From Chiloscyllium plagiosum (taxonomy: Eukaryota), in NCBI RefSeq assembly GCF_004010195.1, contig NC_057749.1, forward strand, positions 21,456,711 to 21,476,710: 20,000 nt of DNA, read 5' to 3'. The position numbers were made by a program, and so were the translations under genes. Each line of letters begins with the position of its first letter. Positions within the stretch are counted from its first letter, which is position 1. Below, one piece after another: positions 18,745 to 20,000 of this stretch. Under the pieces are notes generated by a model. It did no database searches, was not told where the DNA came from, and saw nothing but the letters and a program-made list of their open reading frames with translations.

Positions 18745-20000
18745 ATTAGACCTTGACTCAAAAAGGGATCATGCTGTAAGGTTGAGTGAAATAGGGGTTG
18801 ATAGGAAGGGTGAGGGCAGTAACAAATTAAAAATACTATACATGAATGCACGAAGCATTAGAAATAAGATGGATGAGCTTGAGGCTCTTTTGGAAATTGG
18901 CAGATACGATATTGTGGGGATAACTGAGACATGGCTTCAAGTGGACAGGGCCTGGGAAATGAATATTCAAGGCTACACGTGCTATCGTAAGGAAAGACTG
19001 ATGGGCAGAGGGGGTGGGGTGGCCATGTTCGTAAGGGATGATATTCAGCCCCTTGCGCGGGAGGACCTAGAATCAGGGGATGTAGAGTCAGTATGGATAG
19101 AGCTGAGAAACTCTAAGGGTAAAAAGACCCTCTTGGGAGTCATCTACAGGCCCCCAAACAGTAGTCTGGATGTTGGATGCAAGTTAAATAAGGAGCTGAA
19201 ATTAGCCTGTCGCAAAGATGTTACTACAGTTGTTATGAGGGATTTCAACATGCAGGTAGACTGGGAAATCAGGATGGTTATTGGACCTCAAGAAAGAGAC
19301 TTTGTGCAGTTCCTCCGAAATGGATTCTTAGAGCAGCTGGTGCTGGAGCCGACCAGGGAGAAGGCAATTCTGGATCTGGTATTGTGTAACGAACCAGAAT
19401 TGNNNNNNNNNNNNNNNNNNNNGTAGTGACAATATTTCAGTTGAATAAAGGGAACTATGGAGCTATGAGGGAGGAACTGGCCAAAGGTCAATGGTGCAGT
19501 ACCTTAGCAGGGATGACAGTGGAGGAACAATGGCAGATATTTCTGTGTACAATGCAGAAGATGCAGGATCAGTTCATTCCAAAAAGGAAGGAAAATCCTA
19601 GGAGGAGGCAGGGGTGGCCGTGGCTGATGAGGAAAGTTAAGAAACATATAAAGTTAAAAGAGAAAAAATATAACATAGCAAAGATGAGTGGGAAAATGAA
19701 CGACTGGGAAGCTTTTAAAGAACAACAGAGGATTACTAAGAAGGAAATATGCAGAGAAAAAATGAGGTACGAAGGTAAACTGGCCAAAAATATAAAGGAG
19801 GATAGTAAAAGCTTTTTTAGGTACGTGAAAGGGAAAAAAATGGTTAAGACTAAAATTGCGCCCTTGAAGACAGAAACAGGGGAAAATATTATGGGGAACA
19901 AAGAAATGGCAGAAGAATTGAATTGGTACTTCAGATCTGTGTTCACTGGGGAAGACACAAGCAATCTCCCTGAGGCAACAGTGGCTGAAGGACCTGAACT
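18745..20000 (+). mobile_element. Young CR1 LINE ORF2 (APE endonuclease plus linker), running off the window; 5' boundary approximate
   Basis: Motifs LYMNARSIRNK, DIVGITETWL, GRGGGVAMFV, GVIYRPP, VVMRDFN and EPTREKAILDLVLCN. After the gap the frame stays open from 19423 to 20000 (PWLMRKV, DSKSFFRYVKGK, MAEELNWYFRSVFT). Confidence 0.95.
19403..19422. other. Assembly gap (20 N)
   Basis: Directly visible. Confidence 1.

Noticed and set aside
18569..19426. 285-aa ORF as a host gene
   Set aside because: It is a chimera of PLE hairpin sequence and the CR1 endonuclease, and it ends in an assembly gap.

Overview
Repeat-dense vertebrate genomic DNA, almost certainly from a shark (inferred from recognisable chondrichthyan CR1 tails, a Deu-domain SINE and Penelope-type repeats). 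No complete host gene is visible, and most ORF-track entries are repeat artefacts. The window holds many CR1/L2 LINE fragments, including a young CR1 ORF2 with an APE endonuclease running off the right end, several tRNA-derived SINEs and a CA microsatellite. It also holds at least a dozen Penelope-like element (PLE) 3' ends from about four subfamilies. These carry minimal type I hammerhead ribozyme motifs (CUGAnGA-stem II-GAAA with a palindromic 4-nt stem III). Several are short fold-back (palindromic) insertions with 12-17 bp target-site duplications. One (10242-10461) has two intact back-to-back hammerheads, one is nested inside another, and two are stacked at the same target. Three to four consensus-flanked microexon candidates on the + strand and a ~200-bp inverted duplication suggest the window lies within introns of an unidentified gene.
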